A stretch of DNA of 64,000 nt. It comes from an uncultured Sphingobacteriales bacterium (GTDB lineage: Bacteria > Bacteroidota > Bacteroidia > CAILMK01 > CAYYUA01). Location: the NCBI GenBank assembly GCA_964595485.1, contig CAZQQN010000011.1, forward strand, positions 10,669 through 74,668. Direction: 5' to 3'. The position numbers were made by a program, and so were the translations under genes. Position 1 is the stretch's first letter; the number at the start of each line of letters is the position of its first letter. The notes under the pieces are model-generated. The model saw only the letters and a list, made by a program, of their open reading frames with translations. It was not told where the DNA came from and ran no database searches. Shown in pieces: positions 27,831 to 39,100 of this stretch.

Positions 27831-30236
27831 ATGAATAAAAATAAAATTTTTCCATCTATTGTATTCATCTTGTGTTGTTTATTGTTTTCCATTCAGACTT
27901 TGGGACAAGATCAACCTCAAGGTGTTATCAAAGGGCGTGTCTTTGACAAGTTAAACAACAATAACCTTTCTGGTGCTAATATCCTTATCAGGGGATCCAA
28001 TCAAGGAACCACAACTGATGAAGAAGGCCGTTTTAAGATCACCGGCCTTGAGCCTGGCTTATACGATATATCAGTGACCTATGTGGGTTACAAGAAAAAG
28101 ACGATTTCTGAAATTGAGGTAAGTAAAGCCAGACCGGCTCAATTGAAAATTGGGATGGAAGAAACGGCCATTGAACAAGATGCGGTTGAGATCAAGGCTT
28201 CGCCTTTTGAAAAAAAAGCCTCAAGCCCGGTTTCCAATCGGAATATTAGTGAATCTCAGGTTCGCCGAAATCCGGGAGCTAACCAGGATATTTCCAATGT
28301 TATTCAATCCTTTCCCGGTGTTGCAACCACTGCCTCATTTCGAAATGATTTGATCATTCGTGGTGGAGCGCCTAACGAGAATAGCTTTTATATAGATGGT
28401 ATAGAAGTCCCAAATATCAATCACTTTGCTACGCAAGGAGCCACGGGTGGTCCGGTTGGTTTAATCAACGTGGATTTTATCAGAAACGTAGACTTCTACA
28501 CCGGGGCTTTTGCTGTTAACCGTACAAATGGAGTCAGTTCGGTTCTTGACTTTAACTTCAAAGATGGCCGTACCGATCAGACTGGAGCCCGTTTTACATT
28601 AGGTGCCAGTGAGGTCGGGGCCTCAGTTGAAGGCCCAATAGGGGATGATTTCAGTTACATCCTGTCTGCCAGGCGGTCTTACCTTCAATTTTTATTTGAT
28701 GCTTTGGGATTGCCTTTCCTCCCTACTTATAATGACTTGAATTTTAAGGGGAAATACCAGATTGATAATAGCAACTACCTTACCTTAATAGGAGTCGGGG
28801 CTATCGATAATTTTTCCCTTAATACCGATGAAGATGACACAGAGGCGAACCGCTATACCCTGAATAATGTCCCTATCAACGAACAGTGGAACTACACTGC
28901 TGGTGGAAAATTCACCCATTTTGGTGATAATGGTTACTACAACATTGTAGCAAGCCGGTACCATTTAAAAAACATAGCGACTCAGTTCGAAGATTACAAA
29001 AAGCAGGAGGATAAGATCCTGGATTACGAATCTGAAGAAATTGATAACCAATTTCGCTTTGAAAAGATTACCCGCTCAGGGGGATTCAAGTTTCTATATG
29101 GCGCTAATTATGCTCATTCGGTCTTTAAGAATAATACCAAACAAGCTGTTGCAATAGGTAATCGCACTCAAACAGTGGATTTTAGTTCAAATTTCAGTGT
29201 AAACAGGTATGGTGTATTTGGCCAGGTAGATAAGGGCTTTTTAAATGACAAGATTAAGCTATCAGCAGGCGTCAGGACTTATGCCATGGATTACTCTGAT
29301 GCTACCAATAATCCTCTTGATCAAATTTCACCGCGCTTTTCTGCATCATATCAATTAACAGATAAGCTTTCGTTGAACTTTAATACAGGCATCTATCATC
29401 AACGCCCGCCATTTACTGTTTTAGGTTTTAAAGACAGCAGCGGTAAGTTAGCCAATAAAGAGAATGGTGTTACTTATTTTAGCAGTAAACAAGTAGTTGG
29501 CGGAATAGAGTACATTACCAACACCAATACCAAAATCTCTTTAGAAGGTTTTTATAAAAAATATGATGATTACCCATTCCTGTTGGATGATTCGATTTCC
29601 CTGGCAAACCGAGGTGGCGATTTTGGCGTTGTTGGTAATGCTCCTGCGGAACCGTCTTCTGAAGGAAGGGCCTATGGGATGGAATTATTGGTAAACCAGA
29701 ATCTCTACAAAGGATTCTACGGGGTTCTGGCATATACCCTGGTTTGGAGTGAATTTACTGATAAAAACGGGGAGTATGTACCATCTGCCTGGGATAATCG
29801 CCACATCGTTTCCCTTACGGCGGGAAAGAAATTTGGAAAAAACTGGGAAATTGGTGTAAAATGGCGATTTCAAAGTGGTGCACCTTACACGCCTTACGAT
29901 GTAAGAACTTCATCTTTTAAAGAAGTATGGAGGGTGACCAAATCCGGTGTTCCTGATTACGACCGGCTAAATACGAAGCGCCTTTCGGCTCAACATGGGC
30001 TTGACTTTCGGATTGATAAAAAATTCTACTTTTCAGGCTTTAACCTGGATGTTTATTTCGATGTACAGAATGCTTATAACTTCCAGATTGAAGGGCAACC
30101 TTACCTGACTGTTAAGCGTGATGATGAAGGCAATCCCATTGAAAATCCGAACAATCCAAGAAGGTATCAAACCAAACGCCTTGAGAATAGCATTGGTACA
30201 AGGGTTCCATCGGTTGGTGCAATTTTTGAGTTCTAA
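27831..30236 (+). CDS. TonB-dependent outer-membrane receptor with N-terminal carboxypeptidase-regulatory-like domain
   Basis: Signal peptide, CarboxypepD_reg-like domain (GVIKGRVFD...GLYDISVTYVGYKK), plug region (IIRGGAPNENSFYIDGIEV) and a long beta-barrel ending in the aromatic terminal ...GAIFEF. ATG 27831 is preferred over GTG 27807. Confidence 0.85.
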   Translation: MNKNKIFPSIVFILCCLLFSIQTLGQDQPQGVIKGRVFDKLNNNNLSGANILIRGSNQGTTTDEEGRFKITGLEPGLYDISVTYVGYKKKTISEIEVSKARPAQLKIGMEETAIEQDAVEIKASPFEKKASSPVSNRNISESQVRRNPGANQDISNVIQSFPGVATTASFRNDLIIRGGAPNENSFYIDGIEVPNINHFATQGATGGPVGLINVDFIRNVDFYTGAFAVNRTNGVSSVLDFNFKDGRTDQTGARFTLGASEVGASVEGPIGDDFSYILSARRSYLQFLFDALGLPFLPTYNDLNFKGKYQIDNSNYLTLIGVGAIDNFSLNTDEDDTEANRYTLNNVPINEQWNYTAGGKFTHFGDNGYYNIVASRYHLKNIATQFEDYKKQEDKILDYESEEIDNQFRFEKITRSGGFKFLYGANYAHSVFKNNTKQAVAIGNRTQTVDFSSNFSVNRYGVFGQVDKGFLNDKIKLSAGVRTYAMDYSDATNNPLDQISPRFSASYQLTDKLSLNFNTGIYHQRPPFTVLGFKDSSGKLANKENGVTYFSSKQVVGGIEYITNTNTKISLEGFYKKYDDYPFLLDDSISLANRGGDFGVVGNAPAEPSSEGRAYGMELLVNQNLYKGFYGVLAYTLVWSEFTDKNGEYVPSAWDNRHIVSLTAGKKFGKNWEIGVKWRFQSGAPYTPYDVRTSSFKEVWRVTKSGVPDYDRLNTKRLSAQHGLDFRIDKKFYFSGFNLDVYFDVQNAYNFQIEGQPYLTVKRDDEGNPIENPNNPRRYQTKRLENSIGTRVPSVGAIFEF

Positions 30237-30331
30237 AATTTGTCTTTTTGAGTTTGTAATGTGAATGACATCATTTGCGCCCAAAAAATGGGTGTTTTGC
30301 ATACTACCAAATTCACGTAAAAATCCGCTTT

Positions 30332-31099
30332 ATGATTAAATGGCTAATGCCTGTCCTTGTTCTTTTTATCGGGGCTTGTGAAAGTATTTCAGAACTAAAT
30401 ACGGGATCTGAACCTATTTCCCATGAAAAGTGGAATAAGCTTGTTAAAAAACATGTAGATGAATCCGGCTTGGTAGACTATCAAGGTTTTATGAAAGATA
30501 GCGCACGTTTCAACCAATATTTAAGTTTGTTAAAAAACCACCACCCGAATAGTAAAAACTGGTCAAGGGAAGAAAAACTTGCTTACTGGATCAATGCTTA
30601 CAATGCTTTTACAGTGGCGTTAATTTTGAAACATTACCCGGTTGAAAGCATAAAAGATGTGATCAATGGGCCTAATATCCCTTTTGTAAACTCGCCCTGG
30701 GATATAAGCTTTATCAACATTGAAGGTGCCGAATACGATCTGAATAACATTGAGCACAACATCCTGCGTGAAAAATTTGATGAACCGCGAATCCATTTTG
30801 CTATTAATTGTGCCTCGATTAGTTGCCCGGTTTTAAGGAAAGAGGCTTATCACCCTGAGAAAATCAATGAACAGCTTCAAGCACAAACAAAGAATTTCCT
30901 TGAAAACTCCACCAAAAATAAAATCAGCAAAGACAAAATAGTCATCTCTAAAATTTTCAAATGGTTCACAGATGATTTTACTGAGAATGGTTCTTTAAAA
31001 GACTACATTGATCAAAAAACTGATACGGATATCAAGGAGAATGCAGAGGTTGAATACATGGATTATGATTGGGGGCTCAATGACACCGCCAAAAGATAA
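30332..31099 (+). CDS. DUF547-domain lipoprotein
   Basis: Lipobox LFIGAC at the N-terminus from ATG 30332. Blocks WINAYNAFTV, RIHFAINCASISCP and FKWF typical of DUF547. Confidence 0.75.
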   Translation: MIKWLMPVLVLFIGACESISELNTGSEPISHEKWNKLVKKHVDESGLVDYQGFMKDSARFNQYLSLLKNHHPNSKNWSREEKLAYWINAYNAFTVALILKHYPVESIKDVINGPNIPFVNSPWDISFINIEGAEYDLNNIEHNILREKFDEPRIHFAINCASISCPVLRKEAYHPEKINEQLQAQTKNFLENSTKNKISKDKIVISKIFKWFTDDFTENGSLKDYIDQKTDTDIKENAEVEYMDYDWGLNDTAKR

Positions 31100-31171
31100 T
31101 TAATCAATTGGTACTCAATAATAAAATAACTTTTTAGAAAGATGCGCTGTTGCATAGGGTTGAAATAAGAA

Positions 31172-31200
31172 AACCCTGCATAACTAAGGCATGCAGGGTT
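31172..31200 (-). terminator. hairpin terminator downstream of the Cys-rich lipoprotein gene
   Basis: AACCCTGCAT-aactaaggc-ATGCAGGGTT (10-bp perfect stem), followed on the minus strand by ttttcttatttc. Confidence 0.75.
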
Positions 31201-31228
31201 ACAACAACGTTTATTTTAAGCTTCCTGA

Positions 31229-31702
31229 TTAATTTCCCTCAAATTCGCAGTCTCTAACACCACCATCACTTTCACGGAATTTTAAATTCAGCCTCAATTT
31301 GTTGGCCCCGACTTGGCCATCTCCTCTTACCGATTCGTCCGCATTACTTTTTGGAAGATTCTGTTCTCGTATTTTGATTTGCCCTTGTTCATTGGTAAAT
31401 TCTCCTGTTATACCTAAGCCTGAAAATCTTATACGTTTAGGACTCGTTTCAACCGCTTCTATGGTGTAGGTGCTTTTTATGGTACTTGACCCCTCAGCCG
31501 TGATACACTGCTGATCTCCAGTATAAGTTCCTTCAAATTGCTTATTGTAGGCCTCATCACAAGCATCGCCGCTGTAAAACTCATCGCAAACGCATTCACA
31601 ATCTGAATCTGTTTCTCTTTTTTCACCATTCTCGCAAGTTACATCATTGCATGGATCACAACCTGCCAAAAAGGTTATTAATAAAAAAGTTAAGTAGCGC
31701 AT
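31229..31702 (-). CDS. lipoprotein with Cys-rich EGF-like N-terminal module, unknown function
   Basis: 157 aa. Lipobox FLAGC followed by CDPCNDVTCENG...CECVCDEFYSGDACDE (8 Cys in 35 aa). A hairpin terminator lies downstream. Confidence 0.7.
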   Translation of the reverse strand: MRYLTFLLITFLAGCDPCNDVTCENGEKRETDSDCECVCDEFYSGDACDEAYNKQFEGTYTGDQQCITAEGSSTIKSTYTIEAVETSPKRIRFSGLGITGEFTNEQGQIKIREQNLPKSNADESVRGDGQVGANKLRLNLKFRESDGGVRDCEFEGN

Positions 31703-32072
31703 ATTACAAATATTTTTTGATTGCCTTTACAAAAATAAATAATATATGGCAGGTTGACATAAGAGATGAAAAGCTAAAAAGCCCTCCAATTTTCTGAAGG
31801 TTAAGTAGCTGTTATTCAGATTAATCTGCTTTAGCAGAGTTTTTAATGATCAAATTGAATAATTAGCTGTTCTTCATCATGTAACCAGTCTTTTCAATAA
31901 GGAGCCATAAGCTAAGGGAATTCGAATTATGGTAGAAGATATATCAATCATATGCGGTAACGATCATACCATAAATTTATTTCCTTTAATTATTGCCACT
32001 CATTATAGTTTTAAATTAATTTCCTGATTCGGTAAATGGTACGGAATTTTTAATTGGTTTTACAAGCAGTAG

Positions 32073-34709
32073 CTAAAACAACCTCATCTGGCTATCATTT
32101 GAATTAGGATCAGACGAGCTTTCTTCTGTATTTTCCGTTTTATTGTTTTCATCCTCTGGGGTATCTTCATTGGTTTCCGGTTCGGATGTGAAAATGACTT
32201 CATGCAAGTTCTTGTCAGAAAGCTTATTACCAACGGCCTTCCAGCCCCTTATATCTACGAATTCAGGAAGGTCAATTTCCTTCGTTTGTTTTTGCTTTTT
32301 GTTTTTGGTAGTGAGACTGATCTTCGGGTGAGGATGGGTGGTCACTGTAACCAGGTAAGAATCTTTATGGTCACTAATGAAATTAAATTCCTTATCCTGG
32401 GTTCTTGTTTCCAGCTGAAAGCGCTTTACATAATAGCATTGATGGTCACCATCGTAATAAATGGCGGTAATTACCCGGCTCGGTTCATACCTTTGTATAT
32501 GGATCACGCGATCCGGGGCATAACGATTGGTAAGCTCATGAGATGTGAGCTCATAGGTTCCTTCCTTGTAAAAGACCAGTATTTGATCCCTGGCATCAAA
32601 TTTCCCTAATGCATCACCGCGCTCATCCCTGTTTAGACGGCCAGTTTCTGGAGCATACCATATATGAATACCGCCTAGCGAAGATCCTCCTTTCTCAAGG
32701 AATAAGACTTTTTTGACCGTGTACTTGGTAACGATATTCCCTTGAGCTTCACGGCTCTTGATATCTATTTCACCAAAATCAAAATCCAGGCTTTTCTTCT
32801 TAGCCCTGGTATTTGGTGTTAGGTGGACCCTTACCTTTTCCGTTTCACCGTTGGGATTGGCGGAAAAGTATACCAAACGGGATTTTTCATTTCCTTTGGT
32901 AACGTCATAAACCCTGTCACGGGTTACGGATTTGACATGGAAACGTTTAGCCCTGGCAACGGCCGTTTTGCCATCTACATACATGGCATTGTAAACGGTT
33001 CGCTCATCACCCCGCTTCCAAACAGCTACATGGATGATGTCTTTACCTACATAGGCTTTATCGGCTACTTTTGTTACCATGTACTGGCCATTGCGAAGAA
33101 AAATAATCAAGTCGTCAACTTCAGAGACTTCGCCTACATACTCGTCTTTTTTGAGCCCTGTTCCTACAAAACCCTCTTCACGGTTCACGTAAAGTTTTTG
33201 ATTGGCCGCTGCCACTTCTTTCACGTCAATGGATTCAAAAGAGCGGATCTCTGTTTGGCGCTCTTTCCCTTCACCGTATTGCGCTAATAAGTATTCAAAA
33301 TATTGAATGGCATAATCCGTAAGGTGCTCGATATTGTATTTAGTACTTTCGATGTCATCCTCCAGCTTGCGAATTTGCTCATCAGCTTTGAATGAATCAT
33401 ATTTCGAGATTCGCTTGATCTTGATTTCGGTTAGACGAATGATATCATCATCTGTAACCTCCCTTACCAATTGGTCCTTGAAGGGTTCCAGACCGGTATC
33501 TATGGTTTCGAGGACCGCTTCCCAGGTTTCACACTCCTCAATCCTCCGGTAAATGCGCTCTTCAATGAAGATCTTTTCCAGTGATGAAAAATGCCATTTC
33601 TCCTGTAATTCCCCCAATTTAATCCTTAATTCTTGATCAAGCAGATCCAGGGTGTTTTGGGTGGATTGTCTGAGAATATCACTAACAGACATGAAGGTTG
33701 GCTTATCCTCTACGATTACGCACGCATTGGGGGCAATGGATATTTCGCAATCTGTAAAGGCGTAAAGGGCATCAATCGTGACATCAGGGTCAGCTCCCCT
33801 GGGTAAATAGACCAGAATTTCTACCTGGGCTGCGGTATTATCTACCACTTTCCTAATCTTGATCTTTCCCTGATCATTTGCTTTAATAATGGATTCAATC
33901 AGGCTATCAGTAGTGGTTGAATAGGGAATATCCCTAATAGCAAGGGTCTTTCGGTCATCCTCTTCAATTTTAGCCCTGAGCCTAATACGGCCGCCTTTTT
34001 TACCATCATTGTAATAGGCAACATCCATCAAACCTCCGGTAGGAAAGTCCGGGTAAAGCTCAAATGATTTGCCTTTTAATTCCTGGATACTAGCCTCTAT
34101 CAATTCGCAGAAATTATGCGGCATGACTTTGGTTGCTAATCCCACGGCAATGCCTTCAATACCCTGGGCGAGGATTAGCGGGAATTTCATGGGTAAGTTT
34201 ACCGGCTCACTATTCCGGCCGTCATAGGAGAGTTGCCATTCCGTTGTCTTAGGGTTGAAAGCTACTTCCAGAGCAAATTGGGAAAGCCTTGCCTCAATGT
34301 AACGTGGAGCTGCCGCACTGTCGCCCGTTCGAATATCCCCCCAGTTTCCCTGCGTATCCAGCATAAGGCCCTTTTGCCCGAGATTAACAAGTGCATCCCC
34401 AATTGCTGCGTCCCCATGCGGATGGTATTTCATCGCCTCCCCGATGATATTAGCCACCTTATGATACCGGCCATCATGCATTTGGCGCATTGCATGGAGT
34501 ATTCTCCGCTGAACCGGTTTTAAACCATCTTTCAAGGAGGGAACGGCACGTTCAAGGATCACATAAGATGCGTAATCCAGGAAATATTCCTGGTACATTC
34601 CCGAGATCGGGGTTACGTCATGGATTGTCTCCTCGTTATCACTGTTTGGATTCTCATTCTCATTGGGCCCTTCCTCCCAGTAATTCTGCTCATCGCTAAT
34701 GTCACTCAT
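32073..34709 (-). CDS. parC: DNA topoisomerase IV subunit A (GyrA/ParC family)
   Basis: 878 aa. DGLKPVQRRILH, YHPHGD, and the catalytic region AAPRYIEARL (active-site Tyr). C-terminal beta-pinwheel without a GyrA box, plus an acidic tail. Confidence 0.85.
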   Translation of the reverse strand: MSDISDEQNYWEEGPNENENPNSDNEETIHDVTPISGMYQEYFLDYASYVILERAVPSLKDGLKPVQRRILHAMRQMHDGRYHKVANIIGEAMKYHPHGDAAIGDALVNLGQKGLMLDTQGNWGDIRTGDSAAAPRYIEARLSQFALEVAFNPKTTEWQLSYDGRNSEPVNLPMKFPLILAQGIEGIAVGLATKVMPHNFCELIEASIQELKGKSFELYPDFPTGGLMDVAYYNDGKKGGRIRLRAKIEEDDRKTLAIRDIPYSTTTDSLIESIIKANDQGKIKIRKVVDNTAAQVEILVYLPRGADPDVTIDALYAFTDCEISIAPNACVIVEDKPTFMSVSDILRQSTQNTLDLLDQELRIKLGELQEKWHFSSLEKIFIEERIYRRIEECETWEAVLETIDTGLEPFKDQLVREVTDDDIIRLTEIKIKRISKYDSFKADEQIRKLEDDIESTKYNIEHLTDYAIQYFEYLLAQYGEGKERQTEIRSFESIDVKEVAAANQKLYVNREEGFVGTGLKKDEYVGEVSEVDDLIIFLRNGQYMVTKVADKAYVGKDIIHVAVWKRGDERTVYNAMYVDGKTAVARAKRFHVKSVTRDRVYDVTKGNEKSRLVYFSANPNGETEKVRVHLTPNTRAKKKSLDFDFGEIDIKSREAQGNIVTKYTVKKVLFLEKGGSSLGGIHIWYAPETGRLNRDERGDALGKFDARDQILVFYKEGTYELTSHELTNRYAPDRVIHIQRYEPSRVITAIYYDGDHQCYYVKRFQLETRTQDKEFNFISDHKDSYLVTVTTHPHPKISLTTKNKKQKQTKEIDLPEFVDIRGWKAVGNKLSDKNLHEVIFTSEPETNEDTPEDENNKTENTEESSSDPNSNDSQMRLF

Positions 34710-34927
34710 AATGCCTTATGCAGGGGTTGTTTTTTAAACCTCAAAATTGTCAATAATCATTGAAAAATGATAGAGATTAGTGTTTTTAACTGAAATTACC
34801 TTGTTTGAAAGGTGTTAGGCTCAAATGGCTATTGCGTAGATTGGCTATTAATACTAGGCAGGCATCCCATAAGGTTTTGGATAATAGCTAAAAAAAATGG
34901 TGGCTTTAAATGATGTATCAATGCATG

Positions 34928-35920
34928 TTAGCGGGCAAAGGGTATACTCTCAAGATCCTCAAAAAGCCCCTTTTTATACTTATGGTGAGCAACTTGATTG
35001 ACCATGGCAGCATTGTCTGTACAATAGGCCTGATCCGGAATATAAACCTGCCAATCATTTTTACTTGCCACTTGGTAAACCTGTTCTCTTAAAGTAGCAT
35101 TGGCTGCAACACCCCCGGAAATACCAATTTGCTTGATACCATTATTTTTAGCTGCCAGTTCCAGTTTCCTGGCAAGGAAGCGCATGATACAATCTTGGTA
35201 AGCTGCGCAAAGATTAGCCACATTGTCAACAATAAAAGTATCATTTTTTTTCAATGAATCCCTTACCAAGTAAAGGAGCGATGTTTTGAGGCCGCTAAAA
35301 CTGAAATCATAGCCTTTAATACCTGGCTCTGGAAATTGGAAGGACTGCGGCTCACCTTGCTGGGCATATTGATCGATTACCGGGCCTGCCGGGTAGGGTA
35401 ATCCCAGGATCTTCCCCCCCTTATCGAGTGCCTCTCCGGCTGCATCATCGATTGTTTGGCCCAAAACTTCATAGTTGAGGTAGTCTTTTACAAGCACAAT
35501 TTGGGTATGGCCTCCTGACACGAGAAGGTTCAAAAAAGGGAAATCCGGAACGGGGGCTTCAATAAAATGGGAGAGGTTGTGCGCGTGAAGATGGTTTACG
35601 CCTATGAGTGGTATATTGTAAGAAAGGCTTATACCTTTTGCAAAAGCATTTCCGACTAATAAAGCTCCTATGAGCCCTGGACCCTGCGTGTAAGCTACTG
35701 CATCCAGGTTGTTTTTGTCAAATGAAGCACCCTTGAAAGCTTCTTCAACCACCGGTACTATATTTTGTTGGTGAGCGCGGGATGCCAATTCAGGCACAAC
35801 ACCTCCGTAATCACTATGTACTACCTGGGTTTTTGTTACATTTTGCTCTGTACATTGATTTTGATTGGTGGCGGCACTGGTTTCATCGCAAGATGTTTCC
35901 AGTCCCAATAACTTGACCAT
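34928..35920 (-). CDS. tsaD: tRNA N6-adenosine threonylcarbamoyltransferase
   Basis: 330 aa. LGLETSCDETSAA, YGGVVPELASRAH, metal site NHLHAH, GGHT, GGVAAN. Divergent from tamB. Confidence 0.9.
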   Translation of the reverse strand: MVKLLGLETSCDETSAATNQNQCTEQNVTKTQVVHSDYGGVVPELASRAHQQNIVPVVEEAFKGASFDKNNLDAVAYTQGPGLIGALLVGNAFAKGISLSYNIPLIGVNHLHAHNLSHFIEAPVPDFPFLNLLVSGGHTQIVLVKDYLNYEVLGQTIDDAAGEALDKGGKILGLPYPAGPVIDQYAQQGEPQSFQFPEPGIKGYDFSFSGLKTSLLYLVRDSLKKNDTFIVDNVANLCAAYQDCIMRFLARKLELAAKNNGIKQIGISGGVAANATLREQVYQVASKNDWQVYIPDQAYCTDNAAMVNQVAHHKYKKGLFEDLESIPFAR

Positions 35921-35944
35921 ATACCATATGAATTTTGTAACTTA

Positions 35945-35952
35945 CAAAGGTA
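35945..35952 (-). promoter_or_regulatory. candidate -7 box for tsaD
   Basis: Reads TACCTTTG on the minus strand, 24 nt upstream of ATG 35920. Confidence 0.45.
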
Positions 35953-36143
35953 AAGGGAATATCGGGGAATATTGAAGGTAGTAGCATGCCCTGCTTGGGT
36001 TAGTTAGCGGGTTTTAGTTTCGGTACAGATTGTATCCTTTCCTTGATGCAAATCCAAGTTCCTATTTCAGAACTTTTGGTTTGTTGTGTTTTTTAAAACT
36101 TTGCAAAGGATTTTCGCTTAATTTTTGTTGTAATAAATAAGTC

Positions 36144-39100
36144 ATGAAAGTTGCCTATAAAAAAATTTTAAAGCTTAGCGGCTCCTTTTTATTAGGGGTA
36201 GTTGTCCTGTTTATCTTATCCTTTTTGGTTTTGATGCTTTACTTGAAAAGTGACTCAGGGCAGGCATGGCTTACCCAAAAGTCCAACAAATTCTTAAGCA
36301 AAACCCTCGGAACCCGTTTAAACATTGATTCTGTTACGGTAGATTTCCCGCGTGAATTAAACCTGAACCATCCTGTTGTTTACGATCATAAGCAGGATAC
36401 CGTATTGGTGGCTAAGCAAATTGGCGTCAAATTCAACCTCTACAGTTTTAACCTCAGGAGTTTAATTTTTGGCAACATTCATTTACAAAACCCCCGCTTC
36501 TACGGGCGTAAATACCCAGGTGATACGGCTTTTAATTACGACTATATCATTCAAAATGCCAAAGCTGAGGATCCTAACAAAAAAGGTGGTGTGTACCGCA
36601 CCCTTTTCAATGGCGTGCAAGTACATAATGGCCGTTTTGTACATCAAAACCTCCATGAAGCAAAGGAAGCGGGTAAGGTTATTGACTTTAACTATTTGGA
36701 TGTTCAAAACCTGCAAATCAGAGCTGATTATTTACAATTTATAGAAGGCTCTTTAAGCTCAGAGATTAATCAAATGAGCTTTGAGGAAGTAAGTGGTTTT
36801 AAGGTGAATCAACTCCAAACTGACCTCATTTTTGACAAATCAACATTGAGTTTTCAGGATCTTCAGTTAAAGACACCTTATTCCAGAATTTCCGAGCAAA
36901 TCACAATGGAATACGATAAGAAAAAAGACCTTCAGGACTTTGATGATAAAGTAGAATTAATCACCCGTTTTGAGAATACCACCCTTTCTTTGCAAGACCT
37001 TTCTTATTTTGTACCGGGGATTAGGCGTGTAGATAAAAACATTGACTTTTCGGGTCAGATATTTGGTAAAGTAAGGGACTTTGATAGTAAGGGTTTTCAA
37101 TTATCGTTTGGAGAGGATACCTATTTCACGGGGGATTTGAGCATTAGAGGCTTACCTGAAATTGATCAGACATTTCTTGATGTGGAATTTACCAAATCAG
37201 AATTTAAAACGGCAGATTTAAAACAACTTTTCCCATCCATCGAATTACCGATAAATTTAAAGCAACTTGGGCTTGTCCATTTCGAAGGTAAGTTTACCGG
37301 CTTCCCTTCTGATTTTGTTGCATACGGGGAGTTTGATACTGATCTTGGCAGCTTTAATACGGATATTAACCTCAAAAACCCAGGTAATGAAGCCGAAGCT
37401 CAATATTCAGGCGATTTAGAGCTCAATAATTTTGATATTGGCGAATTATTGGATGAGGAGTTACTCGGAAATACCAGCTTAAATGGCAATATTAAAGGAA
37501 ATGGGTTAATTTTAGAGGAACTTAGGGCTAATCTTGATGCCTCAGTATCTAATTTTCACTTCAACGGCTATGATTACTCCAACATAAATGTAAAAGGAGA
37601 ATTAACAAAAGAACTCTTCAAGGGTAAACTGGCGATGGATGACCCTAATATAAAACTTGATTTCAATGGGGAAGTGAATATGGACCGGCCTAAACCTCAA
37701 TTTGATTTTAAAGCTGATTTAGCACAAGCTAATTTTGATACCTTAAACATGGTAGAAGATAGTTTGGTGGTAAACGCCAAAGTAAACCTGAATTTTAAGG
37801 CCAATAACCTGGACGACATAGAAGGAAAAGCAGAAGTTACTAATACCACAATGGGGTTGTCTAATCGCATTCTGGCATTCGATAGTTTAGCATTGAAATC
37901 GGTCATTGATACTACAAACAATGGTTTGAAGCAATTGAGTTTAAGTTCTGATATTGCCGATTTATTGCTGGAAGGACACTACAATTTGACTTCCCTGCCG
38001 AATGTGGGAAAAATAGCGCTGAATAGAATTATAAACCGGGAATTGGTACCGGGAGACACTATTATGTCAGTAGAGGAGGATCTGAGCTATCGATTACATG
38101 TAAAAAATGCCGCTTTCTTGATGGATCTCATGAAAACAGATTTTATCCTTGAGGATAATACTAAATTGTCAGGGAGTATTAATACTAAGACCAAGGATTT
38201 TACTTTGTCAGGGACTATACCAGGTATTTATTACAAGGATTGGCATCTTGATAATGTTAACATCAAAGGCTCCGGATCCAAAGAATCTATTTTCATTCAA
38301 GCTGATTTGGATAAGCTTACAAAGGGTGACTCGGTCTGGCTGGCCGAAAGCAACGTGAACCTGCTTAGGAAGGTGGATGATAGTTTACAATTTAACCTTG
38401 CTCTGTCAAGGAGGGATCAAGAAGCCGGGTTAAAGGGTAAAATGATAGCCGATAAAGAAAAAATAACCGGGAGGGTTTACGATTCCGAGATCAGTTTTGA
38501 TGATTCAATATGGTCAATAAGCTCAACGAACCTTAAGTACTATTACAATTCCCGCTTTCATATTCCCTACCTAAAATTTGAGAATGGTGATCAAAGATTA
38601 ATCGTTACTGGAAAAGGCGGCAAAAGAAGTGATGAACCAGTCCGGGTACTGTTTGATAAAGTCCAGCTTGGAGCAATAACGCATGATATATTTCCGCAGT
38701 TTAAAGCTTATACAGGTGATTTGAACGGACAGGTGTTGGTTCATAATATCCTTGATACTCCTCATTTCAACTCGGCTTTGATGATTACGCCTTTACGTGT
38801 GGATGGTGAAAAAATGGGCCAGTTAAACCTCAACACGAATTACACGAAAGGTAACAACAATATCAATGTAGAGGCTAACCTGGTGAGAGATGGATATCCC
38901 GAGCTAATGACCATGAAAGGTTATGTTAACCTCTACAATGACAAAGATAACTTGAATTTGATGCTTGATTTCAGGGAGAGCCACTTGGCTCTTGTGGAGG
39001 GGTTGGTCAATGATTATGTATCCAACCTGGGTGGTACTTTTTCCGCTGGATTAAGTATAAAGGGGTCTTTTGAAGAGCCTCGAATCAGGGGTAGGGTTGA

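Noticed and set aside
34910-35092. 60-aa plus-strand ORF at the 3' end of tsaD.
   Set aside because: It is almost entirely antisense to tsaD and has no motifs.
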